DNA of 64,000 nt from Azolla caroliniana (lineage: Eukaryota > Plantae > Polypodiophyta), in assembly GCA_043228905.1 (NCBI GenBank), contig JBHGNT010000008.1, positions 13,578,001 to 13,642,000 of the forward strand. The letters run 5' to 3'. This document shows, piece by piece, positions 23,333 through 36,204 of the stretch. A model generated the notes under the pieces. That model had not been told where the DNA came from. It did not search any database and worked only from the letters and a program-made list of their open reading frames with translations. How positions within the stretch are numbered: position 1 is the first letter of the stretch; every line of letters begins with the position of its first letter. The translations under genes and the position numbers were made by a program.

Positions 23333-25776
23333 CTTCTGCTCTTCTGCCGCCTCCTTCACGTCAAGTTCACCAAAGATGTCGAGGTATTCCTCGCGAATGC
23401 GTGGAATGAGGCGGGACCTCGGGGGTCCTGTACCGAAGAGCAAGAGAGAAAAGAAAAGAGACCCACTACGTGCGAGGGTAGATTCACAGGGACACGGCCC
23501 TTCGACACAAAGACGCGAGTGGGACAGTGACACAGAGAGACACAAATGTATGTATGTATTAACAAAGACAGACAACAAAACACGAAGCCGGTTACAACCG
23601 AACAGGCCGGCGAACAGATGTCGATACCTGTTCGTAAACGCACAGAAAGGAAGGAGTAGGTTGGAGGTGCTGCCGGAAGCACTCGGGCATTCCTCAGAGC
23701 AGCGCGAGCCTCCCGAAACCTGCACAGAAGGAAGCTATGGAGTCTGCGAACCAGAGAGAGAGAGAGAAGCCTTCGCACCCAATCCGACAGCACTCCGTCC
23801 TCGACTCTCCGCGATCCCTTTTCCCTCCTCGTCTCCCTCCTTTTATAGGCAAGGAAGGAGCCGTTTCCCCTTTACTTCCTACCTACCGAATCTGCCTACC
23901 TAGGATCTCCTATGTACAACATAAGGCGCACGTGCATGAAGAGCCGGTTCCTACGCTCCGGTGCACCGATTCTGCTTGTGGACGGTTTTCTTCACGACAA
24001 CGTCTAATCGGTGGCCTCGATCGGAAGGAGGTCCGGTTCTGCTTACCGGCCAGACAATCAGTGCACTTCTCCAAGTGCACGTTCTTCACTGGAATGAGGT
24101 TGTCGTCTGCAAGACTCTTCATCCCCTTCTCGCTCATGTGACATAGCCTCTTGTGCCACAGCTCATCGGCAGTGTCGGATGCCACGTTCACTTCCTCCGG
24201 ACATAACCGGGCATTCATCAAGTACAGGGTGTTTACCTTCCAGGCCCGAGCCACAATCAGGCTCCCTTTGCTAAACTTCATAACATCGTTCCGGATGCTA
24301 CCCATGTAGCCTTCATCATCTAGCCGACCGGCTGATATCAGGTTCAGATGAACCTTCGGAACGTGTCAGACATCCTTCAGCAGCAGCTTGCATCCGGTTG
24401 GTGTTGTGAACCACACGTCTCCTATGCCGACAATCCGGCATGTACCTTCATTCCCCATCCGGACACAGCCGTGATCACCGACTAAGTAGGATGAGAAGCA
24501 TTTCCGGTCCGGGGTAAGGTGGAACGACGCTCCGGAGTCGACCACCCAGGTCATCTCGTCGCCGGCAAGGTTTATCTCACTCTCCTCGGTGATGAGCATC
24601 AACTCTTCTTCACTTGCCGCGATTCCCGTCATTCCCTTCCGGTCCGGCCCCCTCCGGTCTTTACCGTTCCGGTCCGGTGTCCGCTTGGAATCGGTACCAT
24701 CGGTTTCCTTGTCTTTTCGGAAATGCTGACAGTTCTTCTGGAAGTGTCCCGGCTTGCCGCAATAGAAGCAAGTAGGCCTCCCCCTTGACTTTGACCGTGT
24801 CCCCGACTTTTCCCGGTTCTAGGGGCTACGGTTCCTTTGTCTTCCGCGTTCCGATTCGGTAATGAGCGCTTTGGAGTCGGACCTCGTATCCTTATCTTTC
24901 CAACGTGCCTCCTCATCTAGCAAGCTCGACTTCACTCTTGCTAGGGATAACCGTTTCCCTTTCGGCCCGGCGTTGCCCAAGGTGACAACCAACGTCTCCC
25001 AACTATCTGGGAGGGAACCGACCAGGAGTAGTGCTAGTACCTCATCGGCAAGAGGTACTTCCAATGATGTTGCCTGGTGAATCAGCCCCTGGAAGGCATT
25101 CATGTGCTCCGCCATGTTGGAGCCATCTTGGTACCGGAGTCTTATTAGCTTCCGAAATACCGAAACCTGATTAATAGCATTTTTGTTCTAAAAAATAATG
25201 TCGATCTTCTCCCAGAGCTCATGAGCCTTGCTCTCTTCATTGAAGTTGTTGTATAGGCTCATGTCGATGAAGCACCGTATGTAAGCCGTTGTCTTCATGT
25301 GCATCATCTCCCATATCGCGACGTCGATTTTGTCCGGTCTCTTGTCCCTGAACTAAACCGGCAGCCAAAGGTCTTTAACCACGAGCATGTCCCTCACCTT
25401 CGACTTCCACACAGAATAGTTGGAGCCGGTGAGCTTGAACTTGCCTCCCAACGAATCGTCCATTTTTTTGTGTTACCTTGCTCTGATACCACTTTGACAG
25501 GAATGCACGCTCCCTTCCACCACACTCGGCCACAACCGAGTCTAAAATCGAAACACAGAAAAAACGGATAATGAATGCACGACACAGAGGAGAGAAAAGA
25601 GTACACAAGATGTTTACGTGGAAAACCCAAACTAGGGAAGAACCACGGCAGCCCATAGACTGCGAACTATTACTATATCACAAAGATTACAACAGTGAGC
25701 TCACGGAGGCAACGACCTCGTGCTCACGATCTTCACCATAGGCGGCGGTTACAACAAAGGCAACAACCTCTTCGTT

Positions 25777-25812
<36 letters not shown>

Positions 25813-26030
25813 CACTGTTGCGCTCTAATCTTGCGCCAACAAGAATGACAACACCCACACACATAAACAACAGTTTGCCCTAAGTCATATTTATACTAAA
25901 ATGACTTTTCGGCTATTTACAAATATAGCCCCGATGGACTCTCAGAAACATATTTACGAATATGTCCCTTCATCCGGTGATCACTCTTCACCGGGCCTGC
26001 ATCATCCGGCGCTTGCCGGGCACTCATTAT

Positions 26031-26190
26031 CCGGTTCTCACCGGGTCATCCGTAGCCGGGTACTCCTCATCCGGTTCTCACCGGGTCATCCGTAGCCGGG
26101 TACTCCTCATCCGGTTCTCACCGGGTCATCCGTAGCCGAGTACTCCTCATCCGGTTCTCACCGGGTCATTCGTAGTCGGGTATTCCTCAT
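26031..26190. repeat. Tandem array of 4 x 40 bp inside the 5' LTR of the copia A element
   Basis: Unit CCGGTTCTCACCGGGTCATCCGTAGCCGGGTACTCCTCAT at 26031, 26071, 26111 and 26151. Confidence 0.97.
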
Positions 26191-26218
26191 CCGGAGGGAC
26201 CTATTTCCTAACACGTGT

Positions 26219-27795
26219 ATGCGCCCAATTCGCCAACAAAGCGGGCCGTTTTTTAGAGGCAATTGGTCGATAGCCTGCCAATTGCAGATGCATGGATTCT
26301 TGCAAGGGATTTTCACATGACTTTGTATAAAGAGGACAAGGTGGGGGTCATGAAAATGGTGGTGCAGGGGTCTCAGCTAGGTGTATGGGATTTGCTGATG
26401 GGTCGAATGCGGGTGAAATATGTCTGGCATGTAAAGATACCTACGAAATTTCAAGAGGGGATGATATTTCTAATTCCTACGGTACAAGGTGTAATAACCT
26501 ATACAAGGCAATGGAGACTAGACCGATCATGCAACTTAACACAATATATAAGCTATTTGCCAATATACTAGCCAAGAGGGTAAAACCCTACCTGCATGAA
26601 GTAATCCATGTCTGACAAACAGGGTTCATGGAAAACAGATGCATAATTCATAATGTGTTGACAGTTTGGGAGGCGATTTCCTTGACAAACAAAGTCAATC
26701 AACGCATTGCCTATCTCATGCTAGACTTTGAGAAGGTGTTTGACAGAGTTCAGTGGCCTTTTTTAGACAAAGTCATGGAGGGGTTGGGATTACCTTTAAC
26801 ATGGAGATTGGTTGCGTGGGCCCTTTACAATGGAAGCTCGAGTAGGGTGTTAGTGAGAGGGCATCATGGCCCATCGATTCTATTACGCGGGTCTATTAGG
26901 CAGGGGTGCCCACTAGCCCCCCACCTTTTTCTATTTATTATACAGAAATTCTCTTTCTTTTTGAATAGATTGGATGCATGAATAAGGGGTTTAGTTGTTC
27001 CACATACGAGCAAGGATTTGTTGGACTCCGAGTATGCAAAAGACAGTATGCTTTACTTACAAGACAATGATGCTAATTTACAGATGGCTGAAGGACAGAT
27101 TGAGTTGTTTTTGCAAAGCGTTAGAGGGAAAAATTAACTGGAACAAATATAGAGGATACTGGGTATGTTCAAACCCACGACTGCTTTAGTGTCCTAACGT
27201 TAGTGGGAGTTGTGATACCTAAAAATTAGCAGTTCAAGCAGGTAAAAGACAAAATTAGAAAAAAGCTTTAGTTGTGGGCATCGATACAGCTTTCCCTTGT
27301 TGGTAGGGTGGTTGTGGTGAACAATATTTTGATCGCCACCATCTAGCACTTAGTGGCATGTTGGATGTTAGACAAAGCCTGCATAAAAAATATTAAGGCA
27401 ATGGTAAGAGGGTTCCTTTGGTTGGGTAGAGACAATAAGATGACATCAGCTAAAGTGATGTGGGGTTGTTTAATTAAGACGAAGAATTAGGGAAGACTTG
27501 GGCCGGTGGATCCAATTCACCAAAGTAAGGCTCTACTTGGTAAGCTTCTAATGCGAAGTTTGCAATCTGGACCAGAATTGTGGAAGGTGCTCCTTAGGAA
27601 TGGAGTTAACCTTTGGTGTCCCACGAATGGTGCTCCCTGGCAGGCAAACACATGGTGGTTGTTTAGTCCAGCTCTAAAGTTGTAGGGTGGTTAACGCCAT
27701 AATGAAGTCCTAGTCAAGTTTAAGAGAAGGGTTGGTCTTAATGCAACCGAAAAGGATGGATGAATGAATGGCTACGACAACCACTATTTTGGAAC
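26219..27795 (+). mobile_element. Degenerate L1-type LINE ORF2 (endonuclease remnant, internal deletion, RT)
   Basis: LDFEKVFDRVQW, SIRQGCPLAPHLF and RPIMQLNTIYKLFANILAKR motifs. Confidence 0.88.
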
Positions 27796-30700
27796 TGTAA
27801 AAAGAATAGCGTGCGGAAGCAATAGAAAACCGAAAACAGAAACACAGGTTTAATGGAGAGATTGAATATACACAGTACGCGGGAGAGACAGAGAAAGAGC
27901 AGAACAACTTAAATCTATTATCAAAACAATAATAGTTCTCTGTACATACAACATGCTCAACAACACTATTTATACAAGCCCTAAGGGGATTGACAAAAGT
28001 ACGGTGTACTTCAATGCTCCCACGAGCGTCTAACACTAACTACGAGACATTAACTACCTAGTAGTCTAGGCTACTACTAGGCTTCCGGTTACTGCTGGAT
28101 CTAGCTAACCAGCTCCCCAACTCACCGGCTCACCGATCCGACTCAACCTTCGAGATGCCGATCCGGCTCAAGCTTATTCAACCGATCTGGATCTGGTTGA
28201 GCTTGCCGCTCAACACTCCCCCTCAAGCTCAACTTGAGGTCGGATCGTAGTGTCACTCTCCATGGCAGCCGGTCCTTTCACCCGGCTCCTTCTAGCGTCA
28301 CTCCGCCTCGCTTGCGCTCCTCTTCCACTCCAGTCCCGTTTGCCGCGACCCTTCTGATTCTGCGCACCTCGAGCTCCTCGGTCGACTTGTCTGCTCAACA
28401 ATCCCAATTCAATTCCCTTGTTGTTGTGACGTCGGCTCTTGCCGATTTGCCGATTCCTTTGTGTTGGCGTCGACTTTCGCTGTCTTCTCGTCCTCTTGGC
28501 CTTGAATTGATCCGGTCCTTCCGAATCCGTCTGTTGAACTGAATCGGTTGTCTCTGATTCATTCTAGCTCTTGTCCGAATCGGTCGCTCCCAATTCTTCT
28601 TTCGGTTCCAGGACCTTCACCACATCAGACCATGTCCGGGTCTTGGCCTTCTTCATTTGGTTGGCTTTGTCCTTCTTCACTCTACCACCGCTGCCACTTG
28701 TTTTGACTTGTTCGGATGTGTCAACTTCCTTTGTCGACTCAACTCCTTTCTTCTTCTAGTCTCTCCCTTTGTCGGTTCTTCCTTCACCGACGCAATCGGC
28801 AGTTTCTTTGCCTTTGCCCGTTCCGGTGTCATTGCCTGTTCCCCCCCTCAAGTGTGGCACGTCGAGATGCTAAACACCAAGCATTTCGGTGAAGTGCTAC
28901 AACTTGTCCAATCCGAGCGGTTTGGTGAAGATATCGGCAACTTGCCGATCCGTATGCACATACCGAAGTTCGACTTCACTGCTCAAGACACGGTCACGCA
29001 TGAAGTGATAGTGCACTTCTATGTGGTTTGTGTGAGCATGGAATACAAGGTTCTTTTCAAGCTGCATGTTGCTAATGTTGTCGTAGTAGATCAGGACCGG
29101 GGTCGGCACCTCGATCCGCAGGTTTTGCAACAGTCGCCGAGGCCAAATGGCTTCACAGGTGGCAACAGTAGCGCCCCGATATTCAGCCTCAGTGCTCAAA
29201 AGGGCCACTATTGGTTGCTTTTTGCTACTCCACGCACCAGCCGCGCTACCAAGGGAAAACATATAGCCGGAAGTGGATCAGTGATCCGATGCATTGCTGG
29301 CCCAGTCGGCATCGGTTTAGCCGACTAGCTCTTCGGTTATACCATGCTGGTATAACAGTCCCCGGTTCTTCGTTCCGCTCACATATCACAAAATTCGATG
29401 CGCGCACAGAAGGTGCTCCATGGTCAGCTTCTGCATATATTGGTTGATCACGCCTACCGGATAACTGATGTCGGGTTGGGTGATTGTCAAATATATAAGG
29501 CTTCTGACGATTTGTCAGAACCACTTCTCATTGCGGGCCTGTCCGGAGTCGGGACGAAGCTTCTGGTTCCGGTCCAGGGGTATGGAGATTGGTCTGCATT
29601 CCGTCATGCCGAACTTGTACAGCATATTCAACACATAGTGTCTTTGTGAGAGCAGTATGCCATTGGGGGTTTAGATCACCTCGATCCCAAGAAAATAACG
29701 AAGGTCCCCCAGGTCCTTCATTTCAAATGCGTCCGACAGCTGGGACTTGACTCGGCTGATTTCATCGAGTCTGGGTCCGGTGGTGACTAGATCATCAACA
29801 TACAGCAAGATGCAAACCGGACCGTCTGAACCTTGCCAGATGAACAATGAAGAGTCGGACTTGGAGGCCGCAAACCCCATCTTACGCAACCGGTGCATGA
29901 TCTTCGCATTCCAAGCTCGGGGGGCTTGCTTTAGGCCATAAAGTGATTTCTACAGCCGGCATACCGCCGACTTGTTCATCTCCGACTGGAAACCAGGGGG
30001 TTGGGTCATAAAGACCTCTTCTTCAAGATCGCCTTGGAGAAATGCATTCTTCACGTCCATCTGGTGTAAATGCCACCCCCTTGCCGCAGCAACTACCAAC
30101 ACCACACGAACCGTCGTCATCTTCGCTACTAGAGCGAAGGTCTCGTCGTAGTCGATTCCATGGGTCTGCGCATATCCCTTCGCCACTAACCGGGCCTTGT
30201 ACCGGTTAACCGAACCATCGGCATTTTACTTTACCTTGTACACCCACTTACATCCGATCAGTTTATAGTGTCGAGGAGGGTCAACTAGGTCCCATGTGTC
30301 GTTGGCATCAAGTGCCCGCATTTCTTCCTCCATAGCGGCACGCCAGTTTGCGTCCTTTGCCGCTTTTGCGTAGCTCTTCGGCTCACGCACTTCCGCCACC
30401 TTGGTCATGTACACATAGTGATGCGCCATGTACTCATTGTACCCGTATCAATTCACACGGTTCTTCTAGCGGGAAGACCGACGTAACTTAGCGTTACCCG
30501 GTTTGGGGCCCTTCTTGGCCAGTTCAGTCTTCGTTGCCAAAGATCCGCCTTCTTCTTTTTTGGATTCGGATCCGCTCCGATCCGACTCACCATTGCCGGT
30601 CTCGTGCTCCAGCATCTTCTTCTTCCCCTTCTCTTTGCGCGTGAACGGTCTCCTCAGTTCCTTGCACAGGGAGAGCACATCAGAGTCTCCACTACTAGCC

Positions 30701-33700
30701 GGTTCCTCATCTGACTGGTCATCCCGACTCAACTACTCATTCGGCCTGCTCAACCAAAATGATTCCAGACTCACATCTAGAGTCTCGAACCCTTCGTCTT
30801 CTAACTAGACCGGTTCAAGCTTACTAGCCTCATCCTCCGGTATCGGGTCGAGGTCGGAAGTCCAAGCCGGTAAGGCATACCATGATGTAGTCTCATCAAA
30901 CTCAACATCCCGGCTTACTCGGACCTGCTTCATCCAGGGGTTATAACACTTATACCCCTTTTGCTCATGCGAGTAACCGATCAGGATGCATTTCTCCGAC
31001 TTTGCATCCACATATGCAATACTACCGAATATCCGAAGGTGTCTCAAATTCGGCTTGCGCCTAAAATACAGCTCATGCGCAAACACCTTGTCACCGATCC
31101 GATTTTAGATATAGACGGTCGTCCGGACCGCCTCAGCCCAGTAAAATTTGGGCATGCTCTTCTCGCCTAGCATCGCCCTTGCCGTGTCGATAATCGACCA
31201 GTTCTTCCTCTTGGCCACACCATTTTGCTCCGGTGTGTATCTGTGGTTGAACTCTCTCCGAATTCCTTTTTGCTGCAGATAATTGTTGAATTGGCCGGAA
31301 AAATATTCTTTTCCGCCATCCGACTGCAGGCACTTGAACATCCTCTCCATTTCCCATTCAACCAGGCTTTGCAGGTTCTAAAAACACTCAAAGACTTCGC
31401 TCTTCCGCTCTTCAGCTCTTCCGCTCAATGAGATAGATCCATATGTGCCGGCTGTAGTCGTCAATGAAGGAGACAAAGTATCGACTCCCGCCAAGACTAA
31501 TGTTCTGTGTCGGTCTCCATACATCCGAATGAATAAGGTCGAGCTTGTTACGGCTACGGTTTCGTTCGGTGGGGAATGGAAGCCGGTGTTGCTTCCCGAG
31601 TTGGCAGGCTTCACAAATGTTGGCCTTTCGGCCGCTAAATTTCGGCAAACCGAAAACAACTTGTTTCGATTGTAGGTCTTGAAGCCTCCAATAATTGACG
31701 TGGCCGATCCGCTTGTGCCACAGGTCGATGTCCAATTCGACCTTCTGCCCTTTCGCAAACATAGCAGTGCCGACGTCATTGGTGTTGAGGATGAACATCC
31801 TCCCATCTCTGCGCCCTTGTGCAATAATCTGGCCCTCTTCCTCGATGAAGCACGCAAGGTGCATGAACCGCACCTACATCCCCTGGTCAACAATCTGACC
31901 GACTGAAACTAGGTCCTTTGTGATAGTCGGAACGTGTAATACGTTCATCAGCTTCCCCCTCTGTCCGACGTGGCTCAAAGGGACTTCTCTGACATGCACG
32001 ATTGGGTGAGGAGTGTCGTCTCCGGTTTCGACAACTCCCGGTTGTTCCGGTTTCTCCAAGAAAGAGAACCACTCTTTGTGGCTCGTCATGTGATTCGACA
32101 CACCAGAATCAATGTACCACACTTCCTCCAATTTGGAAGTGGTCTTCTTCATCGAGTTAGCCTCGTGTTTCATCACCAAGGCTGGCCCTTTACTGGCTTT
32201 TCTGGTTTTGGATACTCCCGATCCTTCTGCGTAGTGCGAGTATTGCCGGTTCTCTCTGTCGGTCTTGCCAGATCTAGATCTTTCCAAATCAGCGCGCTTC
32301 TTGTTGCCTCTTAGGAAACACGGGCCGTGGTCAGTCCTTCGACCTAGACCCCAAGGTGGGTGTGGAACAACGAACAGAGCTTAATTGTACTACGTAAGGA
32401 GAGAACCTCTGTGACTCCGTTGTGTGTAAGAGGAGACGGCTACAACTGACTCCTTCTCACAGGTTGCGCTTACGTACTACTACGATTACGTATCCGAGAC
32501 ACAGACATTGAATTAGCCATAGCTATACACAGAAACTGAGAGAAGATAGTATTCTATTATCAGGCGTTCTTTTTACAATTCCCAGAATTTACACACCTCC
32601 TTACGAGGTTTTCTGCCCTTTATATATGTAGGGTCTAATTAGCCGTTCACGCGTACCCGCGTGAACCGTTACATACGTTACGCTTTATATAGTTTCTTAT
32701 TCCTACACTTTTGGCCGTCGGTTACTATTCCGGCGGACAACACTTCTTCCAGCACTCGCTTTCTCTGTGGGCCTTTTTACCACAGTACCAGCATTCGGTG
32801 TCGGCCTTTGCTTGTCGGCCTCCAGCGCCGCCTTGACTCCTCCTGCTTGTGGACGGTCCAGAACTACTGCCGGCACATTCTCCGTGCCTTCAGTCTTGCT
32901 CTTGTCGGCCGCTACCATTGCGAGCCGACCCACCTCGTCCACCACACCCACGGGGCCGATCCACCTCCGTGTACAGCATCTGATTGTCGGTGGGTGCACT
33001 TGTTGACGCCCCTGCGTGGTTCTCCTCTACAAGGAGCATCGATTGTAAGTCGAAAAATGATGGCGTATTCTCCCTTGTACATACCGCCGTTCGGAACGCT
33101 CCAAACTTAGATGGAAGGCCCCCAAGACAAATCTGCACCATCTCATCTTCCTCTACAGTGACGTTGATAGAGGCAAGTGAGTCACAGATCTCTTTGATTC
33201 GGGCTGTGTAATCAATCAGCTATCGACATGTCCTTCTGTCGGACATTGCTCAACTCATGTCGGAGTTGCAGCTTTAGGGCAGTAGTGCTTGCCGCGAAAA
33301 CCTTCTTCAAGTTTCCCCAAGCTTCTTTTGGCATCTTGGCATCTCGGACATGGCTCAACAACTAGTCTCCAACACTAGACGCAAAGCAATACATCACTTT
33401 GCTTGCCGCTTGTTCCCACACTCGGAAGTCCTTGTGTGCCGCATCAGGTGCTATATCGTTTGCTTCGTCGACATAGCTCCAGTAACCATGTGCAAGCAGG
33501 TACTGGTGCATCTTGTAAGACCAAGATGCGTAGTTGGATCTGTCGAGCTTCTCCACTGGGAGCGAGCTAGCCATTCCTTTGTCCATCACTTCTCTTTTTG
33601 TTCTTACCGAGTCTTCAGGTTTGTCTCCAGATGTTGATGTCGGCTGCAGAGGTTCTCAACCCTCGCGCTCTGATACCACGTAAAAAGAATAGTGTGCGGA

Positions 33701-34093
33701 AGCAATAGAAAACCGAAAATGGAAACGCAGGTTTAATGGAGAGCTTGAATATACACAGTACGCGGGAGAGATAGAGAAAGAGCAAAACAAATTAAATATA
33801 TTATCAAAACAATAATAGTTCTCTATACATACAACATGCTCAACAACACTATTTATACAAGTCCTAAGAGGACTGACAAAAGTACGGTGTACTTCAATGC
33901 TCAGACGAGTGTCTAATACTAACTACGAGACATTAACTACCTAGTAGTCTAGGCTGCTACTAGGCTTCCGGTTACTGTTGGATCTAGCTAACCAGCTCCC
34001 CAGCTCACCGGCTCACCGATCTGGCCTTTTAGATGCCGATCTGGCTCAGGCTTATTCAGCCGATCCGGATCCGGTTGAGCTTGCCGCTCAACA
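27796..34093 (-). mobile_element. Ty1/copia family B element, degenerate
   Basis: LTRs 27796-28215 and 33679-34093; iMet PBS abuts the LTR at 33667-33678; PPT at 28216-28225; gag (VEKLDRSNYASW), PR (WYIDSG), INT, RT (LYVDDL) and RH (STEAEYR) fragments; no matching TSD. Confidence 0.92.
32302..32742. repeat. Solo LTR of another family inserted in the copia B gag
   Basis: TGTTG..CAACA termini with a perfect 5-bp TSD CTTCT (32297-32301 and 32743-32747). Confidence 0.9.
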
Positions 34094-34111
34094 CTCCCCC
34101 TCCAGCTCAAC

Positions 34112-36204
34112 ACACCTTCTATGAAAAACCCGAGAAATGTGAATATTCTGTAGGCGAGCAAGAGTTTATCATATTCCGAGTAGGAAGGGACAAGCTGAAG
34201 ATGGATCCCGCCAAGGGGGAAATAGTCATGAACCACCAAAGTCTTTGCGGTACAACAATTAATTGGTTTTTTATAGTACGTTAGGAAGTTTATTAAAACT
34301 TTTAGTAGAATTGCAACTACACTCACAAATCTTATGAGAGGCTCAGAAGTGTTTTAGTGGTCCAAAATAGAACAACACGCTTTTGACCAGTTGAAGGAGG
34401 CGGTGTGTTCTTAGCCAGTGTTGAAACTACCTGATTCCATTGGGCCTTTTGAAATTCATATTGATGCATCGGATTATGTTTATGGGGTGGTCCTTATGCA
34501 AGATGGTCATCCAATAGCATATGAGTGAAAAACATTTTCCGAAATAGAAAGCAGATGGCCTACCCATGAGAAAGAAATGCTCACCGTAGTATATGCACTA
34601 CGGAAGTTGAGACATTTTGTGCAAGATAAATTCACAAAGGTAATAACACATAACATATCCTTGCAATGACATGTTCGTAGAGTTTGATATAGAAATTGTG
34701 CATAAGAAGGGGAAGTTGCACACACTACCGGATGCATTGAGCAGGCTGCTACAAATTCATCACATTTTCGTCATCATGGTTCAAGGATGGTCGAAGAGAT
34801 TTAGCAAGCTCAAGAAAATGAAGTAGTAGTATGATAATTAATACATGAAGTGGGAAGTGGACAAACGACTCATGGATTAGACCGGTTGCATGATGGGCTA
34901 TTATGGAGTGAGGATAAGGTGGTGATTCCTAATAATATACAACTAAGGGCTAAAATATTGCATAAAGTGCACAATTGTCACATGGTTGGGCATGGAGGAC
35001 AAAAACAAACATTAAGGGCCACTAAAAGGTATTCCGTGGGGACTAAAATGGAGAAGGAAATTATTGAGTGTATACCCTCATGCAGAGTCTCTAAACCAAT
35101 GAAGGCAAGATGAGGCAAAGCATTCGGTCGATTGCAACAAATGTGGATTGTGTATCGCACATGGGATGTAATTAGTATGGACTTTATTATTGATCTACCT
35201 CCCTCCAAAGGATACAATACTTTGATGGTGATTGTGGATTTCTTCTCAAAACAAGCTCATTTCATACCTACAAAGTTGCCTCTAACAGCCAATGACGTAG
35301 CTCAGGTGTTTTTCAAGTATATTTTTAAGTACCATGGATTAGCGAAGTGCATTGTGTTTGATAGGGATCTTAGGTTAGCGTTTGGATTTTGGCAAGAGTT
35401 GCTCTGGATTTTGGGCTCAAAACTCTGTATGTTAACGTCGACGCATCTTGAAACCAATGGAGGCTTAATCAAGGCATCAAAGATTATATTCATTGTTACG
35501 TTAAGGTAGATCAATCAGATCTGGTGGAGCAAGTCGACGTGCTTGAGTTCTGCAACAATGCAGTTATCCACTTAGCAACAAGCTTCTCTCCATTGAATCT
35601 ATCAATAGGTAATGACGTAATCACGTTGATTGCCTTGTTACATATTGTACAAACAAAACACAGGTAGAAGATCCTGATGTGGCCAGGTTTTTAGAAAAAT
35701 GGAAGGAGAGAATGAAAGCAACACAAGTGCATTTGACTCAGACAAAGTCTTAGATGATTAATCAGGTCAACAAGAAACATAAAAATGTGGATTTTTACCT
35801 AGGAAACTTAGTATTAGTCAGTGCGACTAATTGGTCGTTACCTTAGGGTCGCACATCAAAGTTCAATCACAGGTACTTCGGCCCATACAAGATAACAAAA
35901 CAAATCAACAACGTCTCCTACAAATCCACAACGTTTTTCGTGTCAAACTACTAAAGAGTTTTCATACAGATGAAACGTAGCGTCATTAGGCAACCAATAG
36001 CATGCCATGCAAACTAGAGGCCATATTAAAGAGACAAGTTCTTCGAGGGAAAAGACGCTACTTGATCAAGTGATCGGGATTATCATTAGCGGAAGCTTTG
36101 TGGGTTACTGAGGAGACGCTACGGGAAGCAAGGTTTGAGTGGTTAATGGAGCCGCTAAACTGTCCAAATTCTTAAGGAAAACCATAGTTAGCATGGGGGC
36201 TAAA
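34112..36204 (+). mobile_element. Highly degenerate chromovirus-type gypsy pol (RT end, RNase H, integrase, chromodomain remnant)
   Basis: FEIHIDASDY, WPTHEKEML, WDVISMDFIIDLP, YFGPYKI and RYLIK*SG..ALW; G-rich tract before TGTTG at about 36205 (LTR extent unclear). Confidence 0.82.

Larger units (their letters stand above)
17069..23999 (-). mobile_element. Young full-length Ty3/gypsy element, tRNA-Trp primed, 4-bp TSD
   Basis: Near-identical 623-bp LTRs 17069-17691 and 23377-23999; TSD ACGT (17065-17068 and 24000-24003), with the empty site seen in the sister copia near 53676; PBS 23355-23372; PPT-like GGTGGGGGCGGA. Confidence 0.97.
13921..26213 (-). mobile_element. Full-length Ty1/copia family A element (Tnt1/Tork-like), degenerate, with a nested gypsy element
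   Basis: LTRs 13921-14491 and 25495-26213; TSD TGTGT/CGTGT; iMet PBS TGGTATCAGAGC at 25480-25491; PPT at 14494-14503; gag-PR-INT-RT-RH fragments collinear with 52217-56263. Confidence 0.95.

Noticed and set aside
23333-23725. N-terminal 130 aa of the 839-aa gag ORF (and similarly 52013-52216 for the copia)
   Set aside because: These run through LTR and PBS sequence; the first ATG after the PBS is the more plausible start
17010-24141. Many 100-240 aa plus-strand ORFs
   Set aside because: Antisense shadows of GC-rich gypsy coding sequence and LTRs, with no recognisable domains
26031-26190. Regular repeats resembling a CRISPR array
   Set aside because: Units are head-to-tail with no unique spacers, lie inside an LTR, and no cas genes are present
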